The notes: generated from the sequence alone by a model not told the origin. A stretch of 64,000 bases of DNA from an uncultured Demequinaceae bacterium (GCA_964610155.1 CAZSUY010000007.1:15376-79375), one strand, 5' to 3'; counted from the first letter of the stretch, positions 41,628 through 51,388 are shown. Translations and numbers: made by a program.

Positions 41628-43124
41628 CTACGGCGCCAGCAACTCCTCTATCAGCGGGTGGCTAGTCGCGAAGGGATCATCCAGATGGATGACCTCGAGA
41701 TCGCCGTGCTCGGTCTCTCGATCAAGCACGACCGTGCTCCATCCGGCTGCGTCGACGATGTCCGAACGACGATCGACCATTGCCCCCCGCAGACGAGCCC
41801 GGGTGTCCTGAGGCGGATGGGCGACCGCCCGAGCAACCTCATCATCCTCGACGAGGGTGTCGAAGGATCCAGCGGCCGCGAGGCGGGCGAACAACCCCTC
41901 ACTGTGGTCTAAGTCGCTCCAGCGGATATCCGCCGCCGCGAGGCTCGGATCGTCCCACGGGAGGGGGGCGTCCGCTGAACCGTGACGCTCTCTGAGCCTT
42001 TCAAGAAGGTTGAGCTTCGCCACCCATTCGACCTGGCGCGTACACGAGAGGGGATCCTGAGCAAGGCCCCCGAGCACGGCTTCCCAACGCGCGACGACAC
42101 GTGCATCCTCGGCGTCGGTGGCGTAGTCCCGGACAATCCCGAGAAGGCCTCGCTGGATCTCAAGGGCGGTGGCTCCCTCCCCCGTCGTGAGCTTCAGGGG
42201 ACGCCCAAGACTCAGGTCTCGAGACACCTCCTGGACGGCGGCCACCGGATCGGCGAGGACCTGGATGTCAAGACGCTCGTCCCCCGCCTCGATAGCGGAT
42301 AGGACCAGGGAGGTCGTCCCGATCTTGAGGTAGGTCGGCGTCTCCATGCGATTCGCATCACCCAGGATGATGTGGAGCCGCCTCCACCTTGTCGGATTCG
42401 CGTGCGGCTCGTCTCGGGTGTTGACGATCGGGCGACGAAGGGTTGTCTCGAGTCCCACTTCCTCTTCGATGTAATCGGCTCGCTGAGAAATCTGAAAACC
42501 AGGGACCTCCCCTCGCTGTCCTAGGCCAACACGACCGGCCCCGGTGTAAACCTGTCTAGTGACGAGATGGGCGGTCAGACGCCTCGCCAGATCGTCGAAG
42601 GGTACGGATCTCGCCACCAGGAAGTTCTCGTGTGTGCCGTACGAGGCTCCCTTTCCATCGACATTGTTCTTGTAGAGGGCGATCCGAAAACCCTCCGCCG
42701 CCGCAGCCACGGCCGCCTCCCTGAGGACCTCGTCACCCGCCTTGTCCCACACGACCGCATCCCGAGCGTTCGACACCTCCGGGCCTGAATACTCCGGATG
42801 GGCATGATCGACATACAGGCGGGCGCCGTTGGGAAGGACCGCGTTTAGATGAGCAGGATCCTCCCACATCCCCCGTCGGCGTCTTCGGGTGATGAATGCC
42901 CTCGGTTCGTCCGTCAGGAGGTCGGGGCTTGCCGATTCGCGAGCCCTGCGGTATCCCCTCTGATCGTTGAGGGGATCCTCGCCCCCATAGTCCCAGTGGG
43001 CCGTCGCCGCACCGACCGATGCCCGATATGACGCGACGAGGGCGCTACTGAGCAGGATGGGGTTCGCCCCGGGATCGTTACGATCGATGACCCCGTACTC
43101 TGTCTCGATGCCGACAATCCGCAC
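41628..43124 (-). CDS. dop: Pup deamidase/depupylase
   Basis: 498 aa, MRIVGIETEYGV...LPNGARLYVDHAHPEYSGPE...YKNNVDGKGASYGTHENFL, the Dop-specific pattern. Confidence 0.9.
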   Translation of the reverse strand: MRIVGIETEYGVIDRNDPGANPILLSSALVASYRASVGAATAHWDYGGEDPLNDQRGYRRARESASPDLLTDEPRAFITRRRRRGMWEDPAHLNAVLPNGARLYVDHAHPEYSGPEVSNARDAVVWDKAGDEVLREAAVAAAAEGFRIALYKNNVDGKGASYGTHENFLVARSVPFDDLARRLTAHLVTRQVYTGAGRVGLGQRGEVPGFQISQRADYIEEEVGLETTLRRPIVNTRDEPHANPTRWRRLHIILGDANRMETPTYLKIGTTSLVLSAIEAGDERLDIQVLADPVAAVQEVSRDLSLGRPLKLTTGEGATALEIQRGLLGIVRDYATDAEDARVVARWEAVLGGLAQDPLSCTRQVEWVAKLNLLERLRERHGSADAPLPWDDPSLAAADIRWSDLDHSEGLFARLAAAGSFDTLVEDDEVARAVAHPPQDTRARLRGAMVDRRSDIVDAAGWSTVVLDRETEHGDLEVIHLDDPFATSHPLIEELLAP

Positions 43125-43126
43125 CG

Positions 43127-44545
43127 TCAGCCCCTATCGAGATGCCGGGCAGACACGGCTCTGGCCTCGGCCACTTCCTCCGCACATGCCTCGAGTATGT
43201 GTTCAGGCCGGATGCCCCGATCCCCACCTGAGATGATGTCCTTGATCGCTCGGGTCTTCGCCCGGTCGACGATGTTGCGGAGCATCGCCCCTGAGACGAA
43301 TATCGCGTCATCCCTCTCGGGGAAGAAGAGGTAGTCGGCCGCCGCTTGCACCATCAGGGCGACGGCCGCCTCCGGACCCCCAGCCGATGCGAGTATCTCC
43401 GCGTGTAGTGGCAGGTCGGGCATCAAATACTTGCCGAGGATATCGGCGGCGGCGTCTGTGTCCGGCCGAGCGATTTCGATCTTCACGTCAAGGCGTCCAG
43501 GGCGAAGGATTGCGGGATCGATCATGTCTTCGCGGTTTGATGCCCCGATGACGATGACATTGTCGAGCCCCTCGATCCCATCCAACTCGGTGAGCAACTG
43601 AGGCACGATCGTGTTCTCGATGTCGGACGAAACGCCCGACCCCCGCACACGGAAGAGCGCGTCCATCTCGTCGAAGAAGATGACGACTGGTGTGCCTTCC
43701 GCGGATTTGGCCCGGGCTCGTTCAAAGATCGTACGGATGTACCTTTCCGTCTCACCGACGTATTTGTTGAGGAGTTCCGGCCCCTTTATGGCCAGAAAGT
43801 AACTCCGGTCGCTTCCGACGGCATCGGCCAGGGAGTGGGCGACGGCCTTCGCGATGAGCGTTTTCCCACACCCGGGTGGTCCGTAAAGGAGAAGTCCCCT
43901 AGGGGGAGTAAGGGAGTGTTCACGATACAACTCGGGATGCCGCAAGGGCAGCTCGATCGCATCGCGGATGCGCTCGATTTGGCTTGCGAGGCCACCGATG
44001 GCCGAATAATCGACATCGGGCACTTCCTCAAGTAGGAGCGACTCTACCCCGGTCCTCTCGACCCGCTCGGAGGCGAAGCCTGTTCGGGGGTCGACGATAA
44101 CGGTGTCACCCTCGTGAAGCCGCTCCAGGGCGTGGCCCCCTAGGAAGAGCACGACGCGCTCGTCCTCGCCGCGCGTGACGATAAGGACCCTGTCGTTGTC
44201 CAGCACCTCCCTAACAATCGCGGCCTGACCAACCCTCTCTGGCTCACCGACATCAACGACAACGTTGAGCGCATTGAGGAGGACTTCGGCTCCGGGGAGA
44301 AGGCCCCTGCTGACGGCAGGTGAGGCTGCAACCCGCATTCGGCGCCCGGCGACCATGACATCGGCGTGCTCGCCTGCCCATCCGAGAAGCGTGCCAAAGG
44401 TCTGCGGAGGGGCGGACAACTCCCCTAGCCTCTCGCGCAATTCTCCCAACTGCGAGCGTGCGGCCTCCAGCAATCGCCCAAGCTCAGCATTCTGCCGCTC
44501 AAGCCGCGCCATATCATCGCCTAGTCCCATCACTCCGCCGTTCAT
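43127..44545 (-). CDS. arc: AAA+ ATPase ARC/Mpa
   Basis: 472 aa with an N-terminal coiled coil (ARLERQNAELGRLLE), OB domains and a Walker A motif (GPPGCGKT). It ends ...ARHLDRG without a GQYL-like tail. Confidence 0.9.
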   Translation of the reverse strand: MNGGVMGLGDDMARLERQNAELGRLLEAARSQLGELRERLGELSAPPQTFGTLLGWAGEHADVMVAGRRMRVAASPAVSRGLLPGAEVLLNALNVVVDVGEPERVGQAAIVREVLDNDRVLIVTRGEDERVVLFLGGHALERLHEGDTVIVDPRTGFASERVERTGVESLLLEEVPDVDYSAIGGLASQIERIRDAIELPLRHPELYREHSLTPPRGLLLYGPPGCGKTLIAKAVAHSLADAVGSDRSYFLAIKGPELLNKYVGETERYIRTIFERARAKSAEGTPVVIFFDEMDALFRVRGSGVSSDIENTIVPQLLTELDGIEGLDNVIVIGASNREDMIDPAILRPGRLDVKIEIARPDTDAAADILGKYLMPDLPLHAEILASAGGPEAAVALMVQAAADYLFFPERDDAIFVSGAMLRNIVDRAKTRAIKDIISGGDRGIRPEHILEACAEEVAEARAVSARHLDRG

Positions 44546-45522
44546 TCGTCAGCGCTCAAGGCCCTTCGGCTCAAGCGTCGCACCTTCTTCTCGCTCACCA
44601 TTCTCTCGCCCAACTCTTCCGCGCTCCAGGAAGAATCGACCGGGTAAGCCCCCTTCGCAGGACGCCGTCGCCGGGGAGGCGCCTCGACGCCGGGGGCCAG
44701 ACGACGGGTCATGATGAGGAATCCCGTATGTCCGATCATGCGGTGGTCGGGACGCACGGCCAGGCCCTCAAGGTGCCACGTTCTAACGACGGTCTCCCAT
44801 GCGAAGGGCTCGGTGAACCCACCGTGTTTACGTAGGTCCTCCGCCACGCGAGAGAGCTGGGTAGTCGTCGCTACGTAGACGATAAATCCACCACCGGGGG
44901 CGAGGACGGTTGCCGCGACCTCGATATTCTCCCACGGGGCAAGCATGTCAAGAACGACCCGATCGATCGACCCCGGCTCGCTCGCCTCAACCACGACATC
45001 GGCGAAGTCCCCAATCCGGAGGTCCCAGGAGGGATGCCGCCCACCGAAGAAGGCCTCGACATTCGCGCGAGCGATGATCGCGAAGTCCTCACGGCGCTCG
45101 ATTGAAAGCAGAGATCCGCCATCTCCCACGGCTTGAAGGAGCGAGAGGGTCAGGGAACCCGAACCCACCCCGGCTTCGACGACCCGAGCCCCGGGGAAGA
45201 TGTCACCCATGGCCACGATCTGGCCGGCGTCCTTCGGGTAGACGATCTGGGCTCCTCTCGGCATGGATAGGACATAGTCCTGGAGCATGGGGCGAAGCGC
45301 AAGATAGCCCACCTCAGACGCCGTCGTTACGAGGGAGCCCTCGGGCATCCCGATCACGGCGTCGTGCTCAAGAATCCCCCGGTGGGTATGGAAGGCCTTC
45401 CCCGATTCGAGTTGGAAGGTGTGATGGCGTCCTTTCGCATCGGTCAGTTGGACACGATCCCCTGCTCGGAAGGGGCCTCGACGCAGGTCGGCACCGATGA
45501 GGGGCCCCTCGGGAGGTTTCAT
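44542..45522 (-). CDS. trmI: tRNA (adenine(58)-N(1))-methyltransferase
   Basis: 326 aa with SAM motif VVEAGVGSGSLT. Its position upstream of arc matches the Rv2118c-type position. Confidence 0.85.
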   Translation of the reverse strand: MKPPEGPLIGADLRRGPFRAGDRVQLTDAKGRHHTFQLESGKAFHTHRGILEHDAVIGMPEGSLVTTASEVGYLALRPMLQDYVLSMPRGAQIVYPKDAGQIVAMGDIFPGARVVEAGVGSGSLTLSLLQAVGDGGSLLSIERREDFAIIARANVEAFFGGRHPSWDLRIGDFADVVVEASEPGSIDRVVLDMLAPWENIEVAATVLAPGGGFIVYVATTTQLSRVAEDLRKHGGFTEPFAWETVVRTWHLEGLAVRPDHRMIGHTGFLIMTRRLAPGVEAPPRRRRPAKGAYPVDSSWSAEELGERMVSEKKVRRLSRRALSADE

Positions 45523-45550
45523 CCCCTAATTCTAGGGGCGCCATGTCTCC

Positions 45551-46660
45551 CTACCCGAGGTGGGCTGATATGTCCACAAGTCGAACGACCCCCACGACCT
45601 CTCCCTCGTCAACGACCGCCAACGCGTCGGCCTTCCCCCACCACTCCCTGGCGCTTTCGAGCAACTCCTGTCCGGTGAGGGTCGGAGCCACTACCGCCCC
45701 CCTAGGGAGGGGGATGGTGACCGACGATAGCTGGGTCGTTGAGATCCGCTCAGCTGGGACCGCGTCGGCCGCCTCCAGAGAGAAGTGCCCGGCCGTTTCG
45801 GAATCGACGGAAAGGACAACGACCTCCTCGCATTCGGCCGCCCTGACGAGATCGAGGGCATAGGCAAGGGTCGCATCATGGGGGACCCCGACGGCACCCC
45901 TCATGGTCCGGACGACGGTCATGACCTCAACCTTCTCGATCAAATGGGCGGTCTTGAGGGCCACCCCTGCCGCTGGCCAGAGGATCGAAAGGATCAGGAA
46001 CGCCCAGATCAGATCAACCATGTCTGGGGTCTTGCCCGCACCGAAATTCGAGTACAGCACGTAGAGGAGAAAGGAGAAGGCGACGGCTCGACCACCCCAT
46101 GCCGCGGCCTTCATGCCTGCCACCCGGTTGCCCGTTACCCCCCAGACGATAGCCTCGAGGACCCTCCCCCCATCGAGAGGGGTTCCGGGGAGGGCATTGA
46201 AGACGGCGAGGAAGAGGTTGACGACGGCGAGACCCCGCACGATGGTGTACGTTCCCGTCGACAGATCGAGCCCCATGAGGCTCAGCATGACCAGCCCGAG
46301 CACCGCGTTCGCCAGAGGTCCCGCCGCGGCCGTGACGCCAGAGACCGTCGGGGTGATGTTCTTCGCATCGAATGTCGTGTGGCCGCCCACGAGCGTGATG
46401 ACGATCTCCTTGACCTCCCTCTTGAATATCCGAGCCGCGAGGGCATGGCCGAGTTCATGAAGGAGCACCGACCCCATAAGCAAGCCAGCGAGAAGAACAC
46501 CCCTAGCGACGCTGGCACCCGTCGTCACGCCCTGATCGCCGGTCACCAGGAGAAAGGCGATAAGGGCGATGAGGACGAAGGTTGTCGGATGGAGGACGAT
46601 ACGGGCCCCCCAGAGATGGCCGATCGTCCATCCCCTCGTTGTCTGCCGCACCGGAGTCAT
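45551..46660 (-). CDS. M50-family site-2 metalloprotease with C-terminal CBS pair
   Basis: Polytopic membrane protein with HELGHALAA (HExxH), a downstream NxxPxxPLDG-like motif (NALPGTPLDGG) and a CBS-like C-terminus. Confidence 0.85.
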   Translation of the reverse strand: MTPVRQTTRGWTIGHLWGARIVLHPTTFVLIALIAFLLVTGDQGVTTGASVARGVLLAGLLMGSVLLHELGHALAARIFKREVKEIVITLVGGHTTFDAKNITPTVSGVTAAAGPLANAVLGLVMLSLMGLDLSTGTYTIVRGLAVVNLFLAVFNALPGTPLDGGRVLEAIVWGVTGNRVAGMKAAAWGGRAVAFSFLLYVLYSNFGAGKTPDMVDLIWAFLILSILWPAAGVALKTAHLIEKVEVMTVVRTMRGAVGVPHDATLAYALDLVRAAECEEVVVLSVDSETAGHFSLEAADAVPAERISTTQLSSVTIPLPRGAVVAPTLTGQELLESAREWWGKADALAVVDEGEVVGVVRLVDISAHLG

Positions 46661-46716
46661 GCCCCTACCGTAGCGAGTTCGCCACTCAAGAGGCTCGGTG
46701 TCCGTAGGGTGGAGTC

Positions 46717-47538
46717 ATGGCTCGTCGGGCACCTGCCCTCTCCCCCTCTCGGGCGAACGACTTTGTGCAGTGCCCCTTGCTGTTTCGGCTCAGAGCCATC
46801 GACCAGATCCCGGAGCCCCCTTCCGTGGCGGCGGCGCTGGGAACGCTCGTCCACACCGTTTTGGAGAGACTCTTCGACCTTCCTGCCCGGGAGCGAACGC
46901 TTGAGGCTGCCCGTCTCATGCTCCGTCCGGAGTGGAAGGCCCTCGTGGAGAAGGACCCCACCCTTGCTGACCTCCACTCGGCTCCGGGCGACGCGGACCC
47001 CTGGCTCGACGAGGCAGGACAAAGGCTTGAGGTGTACTTCACCCTGGAAAACCCTCAGCGCCTCGAGCCAGACGCCAGGGAGCAGTTCATCGAGTGGCAG
47101 ATGCCGGATGGGCCGCTCCTCAGGGGCGTCATCGACCGGGTCGACGTTGCCTCGGACGGCTCGATCCGCATCATCGACTACAAGACGGGGAAGGCCCCTG
47201 CCCCCCAATACGGCCGACAGGCCAAGTTCCAGATGCGGTTCTACGCGCTCATGGTCACACACCTGCGCGGGAGCTCTCCAAGCGTCCTCCAATTGCTCTA
47301 CCTCAAGGACGGGGGAACAGTCGTCCTCAATCCAACCGCCACGGACCTCGATCTCGCAGAACATGAGATTCGGGAACTCTGGGCGGATATCCAACACACG
47401 GCGGAGCTCTCCGAGTGGCGGCCGCGACGAAGCCCACTCTGCGGGTGGTGCTCCTTCAAGGCCTTATGTCCGGAATTCGGTGGCACCCCTCCTCCTATCG
47501 ACCCCGCCGCCGTAAGAAAAGCACTTGGGCCCTCCTAG
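46717..47538 (+). CDS. RecB-family (PD-(D/E)XK, Cas4-like) exonuclease
   Basis: 273 aa with an N-terminal Cys (DFVQCPLLFR), the nuclease core IDRVD...IIDYKTGK and a C-terminal CGWCSFKALC cluster. This is the architecture of Rv2119-type proteins. Confidence 0.8.
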   Translation: MARRAPALSPSRANDFVQCPLLFRLRAIDQIPEPPSVAAALGTLVHTVLERLFDLPARERTLEAARLMLRPEWKALVEKDPTLADLHSAPGDADPWLDEAGQRLEVYFTLENPQRLEPDAREQFIEWQMPDGPLLRGVIDRVDVASDGSIRIIDYKTGKAPAPQYGRQAKFQMRFYALMVTHLRGSSPSVLQLLYLKDGGTVVLNPTATDLDLAEHEIRELWADIQHTAELSEWRPRRSPLCGWCSFKALCPEFGGTPPPIDPAAVRKALGPS

Positions 47539-48221
47539 GTTCCGTCACCCAACTCGTCGATGATTTCTCCCCTCATGATGGAGGCGATCGCCACGTCGGT
47601 CAGGGTGTCGAGGGTCCTCAGGCGCGACATCCCCGGAAGCGGATCGAGTGGGGTCAGCCGCTTGATGGCGACAGTTCGCGCCCCGGAGGCGTGAGCGGAC
47701 CGGATCCCCGAGGGGGAGTCCTCGATCGCAAGGCACCGTTCGATCGGGACCCCGAGCAGGCTTGCGGCCTTGAGGTAGGGCTCCGGATGAGGCTTTCCGT
47801 TCGTTACCTCTTCCCCCGTCACCACGACCGCGAAGATGTCTGCCTGCTCGACAAATGCGTCGGCGAGCATGGTGTACGACATGGTCACGAGGCCACATGG
47901 GATTCCCCGGGCTACGACGCGATCGAGGAGCCGGTGGGCATCCTCCTGCCATGGGTTGTGACCACGTACAGCGGTGGTGAGCTGTCGAAGGAGGGCATCG
48001 ATTATCTCCGGAATGGGCAGTTCGACGCCCCTGTCTTGAAGCGCTTGAGCCGACACCTTCAGGGGATTGCCGACGACGGACAATCCATCCTCGTGGGTCC
48101 ACACCGCCCCATGGGCAGTACACAGATCACTCTCGGCCTGGATCCAGTACGGCTCGGTATCGATAAGGGTGCCGTCCATATCCCAAAGGACCGCGGCGGG
48201 GGCAATCGAGTTCTCGTTCAT
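47535..48221 (-). CDS. HAD-superfamily hydrolase (beta-phosphoglucomutase-like subfamily)
   Basis: Starts MNENSIAPAAVLWDMDGTLIDTE (motif I DxDGT), with a later EDSPSG motif. The 117-codon extension in the track is Gly/Arg-rich and was rejected. Confidence 0.8.
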   Translation of the reverse strand: MNENSIAPAAVLWDMDGTLIDTEPYWIQAESDLCTAHGAVWTHEDGLSVVGNPLKVSAQALQDRGVELPIPEIIDALLRQLTTAVRGHNPWQEDAHRLLDRVVARGIPCGLVTMSYTMLADAFVEQADIFAVVVTGEEVTNGKPHPEPYLKAASLLGVPIERCLAIEDSPSGIRSAHASGARTVAIKRLTPLDPLPGMSRLRTLDTLTDVAIASIMRGEIIDELGDGT

Positions 48222-48245
48222 CGGCGCACAGTCTAGGCTGACGGA

Positions 48246-49097
48246 ATGGCTAGTCCCAACCGACCCTCCTCCCTTGGACGTGATGAGTCGATCCTCATCG
48301 CCGCCTTCGAGGGATGGAACGACGCGGGGTCGGCGGCCTCCGCTGCCCTCGATCACCTGTCTCGGGTCTGGCAGGCCTCCTCCTACGCGACCCTCGACCC
48401 GGAAGATTTTCACGACTTTCAGGTCAGCCGCCCGACCGTCACCCGGAACGATGATGGGGTCCGCGTCATGTCCTGGCCTGGGACGGTTATCTCGACCACC
48501 CCCGGACCCTGGAAGGACGACCGGCGGATTGGCCTCGTTCGAGGCATCGAGCCCTCCATGCGGTGGCGACATTTCATTGACGAGATCCTGGCCCTAACCA
48601 AGCCACTGGAAGTCACAACCCTCATCACCTGCGGCGCGCTCCTCGTTGACGCCCCCCACTCCCGTCCCTTGCCCACCTACGTCACCTCGGAAGACCCAAC
48701 CCTTAGGCGGACACTCGGACTGGAACGCTCCGACTACGAGGGGCCGACGGGAATCACGGGAGTCCTCGGACACGAGGCGCAATTGCGGGGTGTCAAAGTC
48801 GTCTCAGCCTGGGTGGGCGTCCCCCATTACATCGGTCACCCCCCAAGCCCCATGGCGACCCTCGCGATCCTTTCGCTGCTCGAACGTCTTCTGGGTGAGC
48901 CCATCGACAGGGGCGACCTGGAATATCAGGCCGAGGCGTGGCAGCGGAGTGTCAACGACCTCGCCTCGGAGGACGAGGATGTCGCCGCCCACGTGCGCCA
49001 GTTGGAGGACGTCTCCGACATGATGAGCCTGCCGGAGTCGTCGGGTGACGCCATCGCGGCCGAGTTCGAGCGCTTCCTATGGGGCCGCAACCCCTGA
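48246..49097 (+). CDS. PAC2 (proteasome assembly chaperone-like) family protein
   Basis: 283 aa, ...ILIAAFEGWNDAGSAAS..., characteristic of the actinobacterial PAC2/Rv2125 family. Confidence 0.7.
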   Translation: MASPNRPSSLGRDESILIAAFEGWNDAGSAASAALDHLSRVWQASSYATLDPEDFHDFQVSRPTVTRNDDGVRVMSWPGTVISTTPGPWKDDRRIGLVRGIEPSMRWRHFIDEILALTKPLEVTTLITCGALLVDAPHSRPLPTYVTSEDPTLRRTLGLERSDYEGPTGITGVLGHEAQLRGVKVVSAWVGVPHYIGHPPSPMATLAILSLLERLLGEPIDRGDLEYQAEAWQRSVNDLASEDEDVAAHVRQLEDVSDMMSLPESSGDAIAAEFERFLWGRNP

Positions 49098-49108
49098 TCC
49101 GTGGGAAG

Positions 49109-49975
49109 CTAGTTAGCGACCGCAGGGACTAGGCCCGAGACCAATAGCCAGGCGATGACCGCCGCGAAGACCAGCCGATAGACGACGAATGGCATGAACG
49201 ACCGCGTCTGGATGAGACGCAAGAACCACACGATGACGAGGTAGCCCACTACGAACGACGCAACGGCGGCAATGATGGTCGCGGGAACCCCGGGCGCCCC
49301 CTTTGCGGTTAGGCCGTCGTAGTTCGAGGCAAGTTCATAGAAACCCGATCCCAGCACCGCTGGAACCGCGAGGAGAAACGAGAAGCGGGCCGCCGCCTCT
49401 CGCGTCAGGCCGAGGAAGAGCCCCGCCGAGATCGTCCCTCCCGATCGAGACACGCCCGGGACGAGTGCGGCCGCCTGGGCGAGACCGAGCACCACGGCGT
49501 TCGTGCCACTCAGGGTCTCTAGACCGCGTCGCCGGGTTCCGATCCGGTCGGCCCAACCCAGAACAAGGGCGAATACCGCGAGCACGGCAACGGAGATCCA
49601 TAGATTACGTAGCCCCGATTCGATCGAGTCTTGGAATACCACGCCTATGACCACGATGGGCAGGGAGCCGAGGATGATCCACCACCCGAGCCTTGCGTCC
49701 TGGTTGCTCACGCCGAATCGGTCGCGCCATGCCCGTCCGTTCCTGCCAAGCACACACGCTAGCCATGCCCCGACGATACGGGCGATGTCGCGCCAGAAGT
49801 AGACGACGACTGCCGCCCCCGTGCCAATTTGGATGATCGCCGTGAAGGCCGCCCCTGGGTCTCCCCCATTCGGAAGCAGCGGCCCGATGGCCCTCACGTG
49901 GGCGCTCGAGGAGATCGGAAGAAACTCCGTGAGCCCCTGGACGATTCCCAAAACGATCGATTCCCACCACGTCAC
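49109..49975 (-). CDS. uppP: undecaprenyl-diphosphate phosphatase
   Basis: Motifs VTWWESIVLGIVQGLTEFLPISSSAH and PGVSRSG. The GTG 49975 start matches family N-termini; the track start at 50005 is the alternative. Confidence 0.9.
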   Translation of the reverse strand: MTWWESIVLGIVQGLTEFLPISSSAHVRAIGPLLPNGGDPGAAFTAIIQIGTGAAVVVYFWRDIARIVGAWLACVLGRNGRAWRDRFGVSNQDARLGWWIILGSLPIVVIGVVFQDSIESGLRNLWISVAVLAVFALVLGWADRIGTRRRGLETLSGTNAVVLGLAQAAALVPGVSRSGGTISAGLFLGLTREAAARFSFLLAVPAVLGSGFYELASNYDGLTAKGAPGVPATIIAAVASFVVGYLVIVWFLRLIQTRSFMPFVVYRLVFAAVIAWLLVSGLVPAVAN

Positions 49976-50055
49976 GCTGGCTACCCTATCCCGGGCCCAT
50001 GCCACACCCGCGCGCCGCGCCCCATCGCCTGGCGAGCGCCGGTACCGTCGGCGTC

Positions 50056-51015
50056 ATGGACAGGCGCCGGGCGGGTACAACCGGACTGGAGATATCCCGG
50101 CTCGCGCTCGGGACGATGACGTGGAGCAGGGACACGGATGAGGTCGAAGCGGGGCTCCAACTCGACGCCTTCCTCGACGCGGGAGGCACACTCGTCGATA
50201 CGGCCGCGTCCTACGCCGACGGGGGTTCCGAGGCCCTCCTCGGCTCCTTGCTCCAGGGAACGATCTCCCGGCGAGATCTCCAGATCGCGACCAAGGCGGG
50301 GGTTCGTCGAACGGAGGACGGTGGGACCATCGATGCCTCCCTCGACACCCTCCTCGCCACCCTGGACGAGTCCTTGGGGCGCCTCGGCACCGACCACGTC
50401 GACCTCTTTCTCGTCCATGCTTTCGACCCTATGACCCCCTTCGAGGAGACCCTTCATGCCCTCGAGATTGCCGTTGCTTCCGGAAGGGCTCGCTACGTGG
50501 GGATCAGCAACTTTCCAGGGTGGGCAACATCCCGTGCGGCGACCTTGGCCACCCGTCCCGCCCTAGCCGTTACCGAGGTCGAATATTCGCTCGCACAGCG
50601 AGGCATCGAACGAGAAGTCCTACCAGCCGCTCGGGCACTAGGCGTCGGGGTCCTTGCCTGGTCGCCGCTCGGTCGGGGTGTGCTGACGGGCAAGTATCGA
50701 TCGGGGATTCCGGCGGACTCACGTGCGGCCTCCGATCACCTCTCCGGCTTCGTCGAGCCCTACCTTGGATCGCGGGTCGAGACCATCACGGATGCTCTCA
50801 TCACGGCCTCAGATGGGCTCGGCCGAACGGCCCATGAGGTGGCGCTCGCGTGGGTGAGGGACGCCCCCGGGGTGACGGCGGCGATCGTCGGGGCAAGAAC
50901 GGCCGAACAACTGGCACCGTCTCTCGAGGCAGAGGATCTGTCCTTGCCGACGGCGATTCGGGAAGCCCTCGATGAGGTGGCTAGGCCAACGATCGGATAC
51001 CCGGAGCGGCGCTGA
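50056..51015 (+). CDS. aldo/keto reductase
   Basis: Starts MDRRRAGTTGLEISRLALGTMTW, then ...DTAASYADGGSE...LFLVHAFD...GISNF. This is the AKR family pattern. Confidence 0.85.
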   Translation: MDRRRAGTTGLEISRLALGTMTWSRDTDEVEAGLQLDAFLDAGGTLVDTAASYADGGSEALLGSLLQGTISRRDLQIATKAGVRRTEDGGTIDASLDTLLATLDESLGRLGTDHVDLFLVHAFDPMTPFEETLHALEIAVASGRARYVGISNFPGWATSRAATLATRPALAVTEVEYSLAQRGIEREVLPAARALGVGVLAWSPLGRGVLTGKYRSGIPADSRAASDHLSGFVEPYLGSRVETITDALITASDGLGRTAHEVALAWVRDAPGVTAAIVGARTAEQLAPSLEAEDLSLPTAIREALDEVARPTIGYPERR

Positions 51016-51025
51016 CTATTCCCTG

Positions 51026-51388
51026 CTAGTCCCCGAGGTCAAACTCCTCGAGGTCTTCCATCGCCGCCTCGTGCAGGCTCCCCTCGAGTTCAATGACCTC
51101 GACGTGTTCAAGATCGGCATCGTCGATCTCGTCAACCTCTTCAAGATCGGTGTCCTCAAGGTCGCTGTCCTCGAGATCGTCCCCGACCTCATCCTCAACG
51201 ACCAGGGGAAGCTCCTCCGCATATTCGGCGTCGAGAAGATCCTCGTACCGCTCGAATGCCTCCGCCAGCGCCTCGTACGCGTCGTCGACCGCCGCATCGA
51301 CCGGACCCCGCCGGAGTATCACGGCCTCCAGGTGGTTCTCAAAGGCGGTGGTGAGATGTCGCAACGCCTCGCGAACGTCCGATTCCAT
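51026..51388 (-). CDS. conserved highly acidic hypothetical protein
   Basis: 120 aa with a helical N-terminus (VREALRHLTTAFENHLEAV) followed by an Asp/Glu-rich tail. It resembles small acidic proteins found at this locus in other actinobacteria. Function is unknown. Confidence 0.55.
   Translation of the reverse strand: MESDVREALRHLTTAFENHLEAVILRRGPVDAAVDDAYEALAEAFERYEDLLDAEYAEELPLVVEDEVGDDLEDSDLEDTDLEEVDEIDDADLEHVEVIELEGSLHEAAMEDLEEFDLGD

Noticed and set aside
45785-47515. 576-aa plus-strand ORF spanning the M50 protease and RecB-like genes
   Set aside because: It is antisense to the M50 protease and out of frame with the RecB-like nuclease. Its composition is dominated by Arg/Gly/Pro/Ser. 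Both overlapped genes have clear family motifs.
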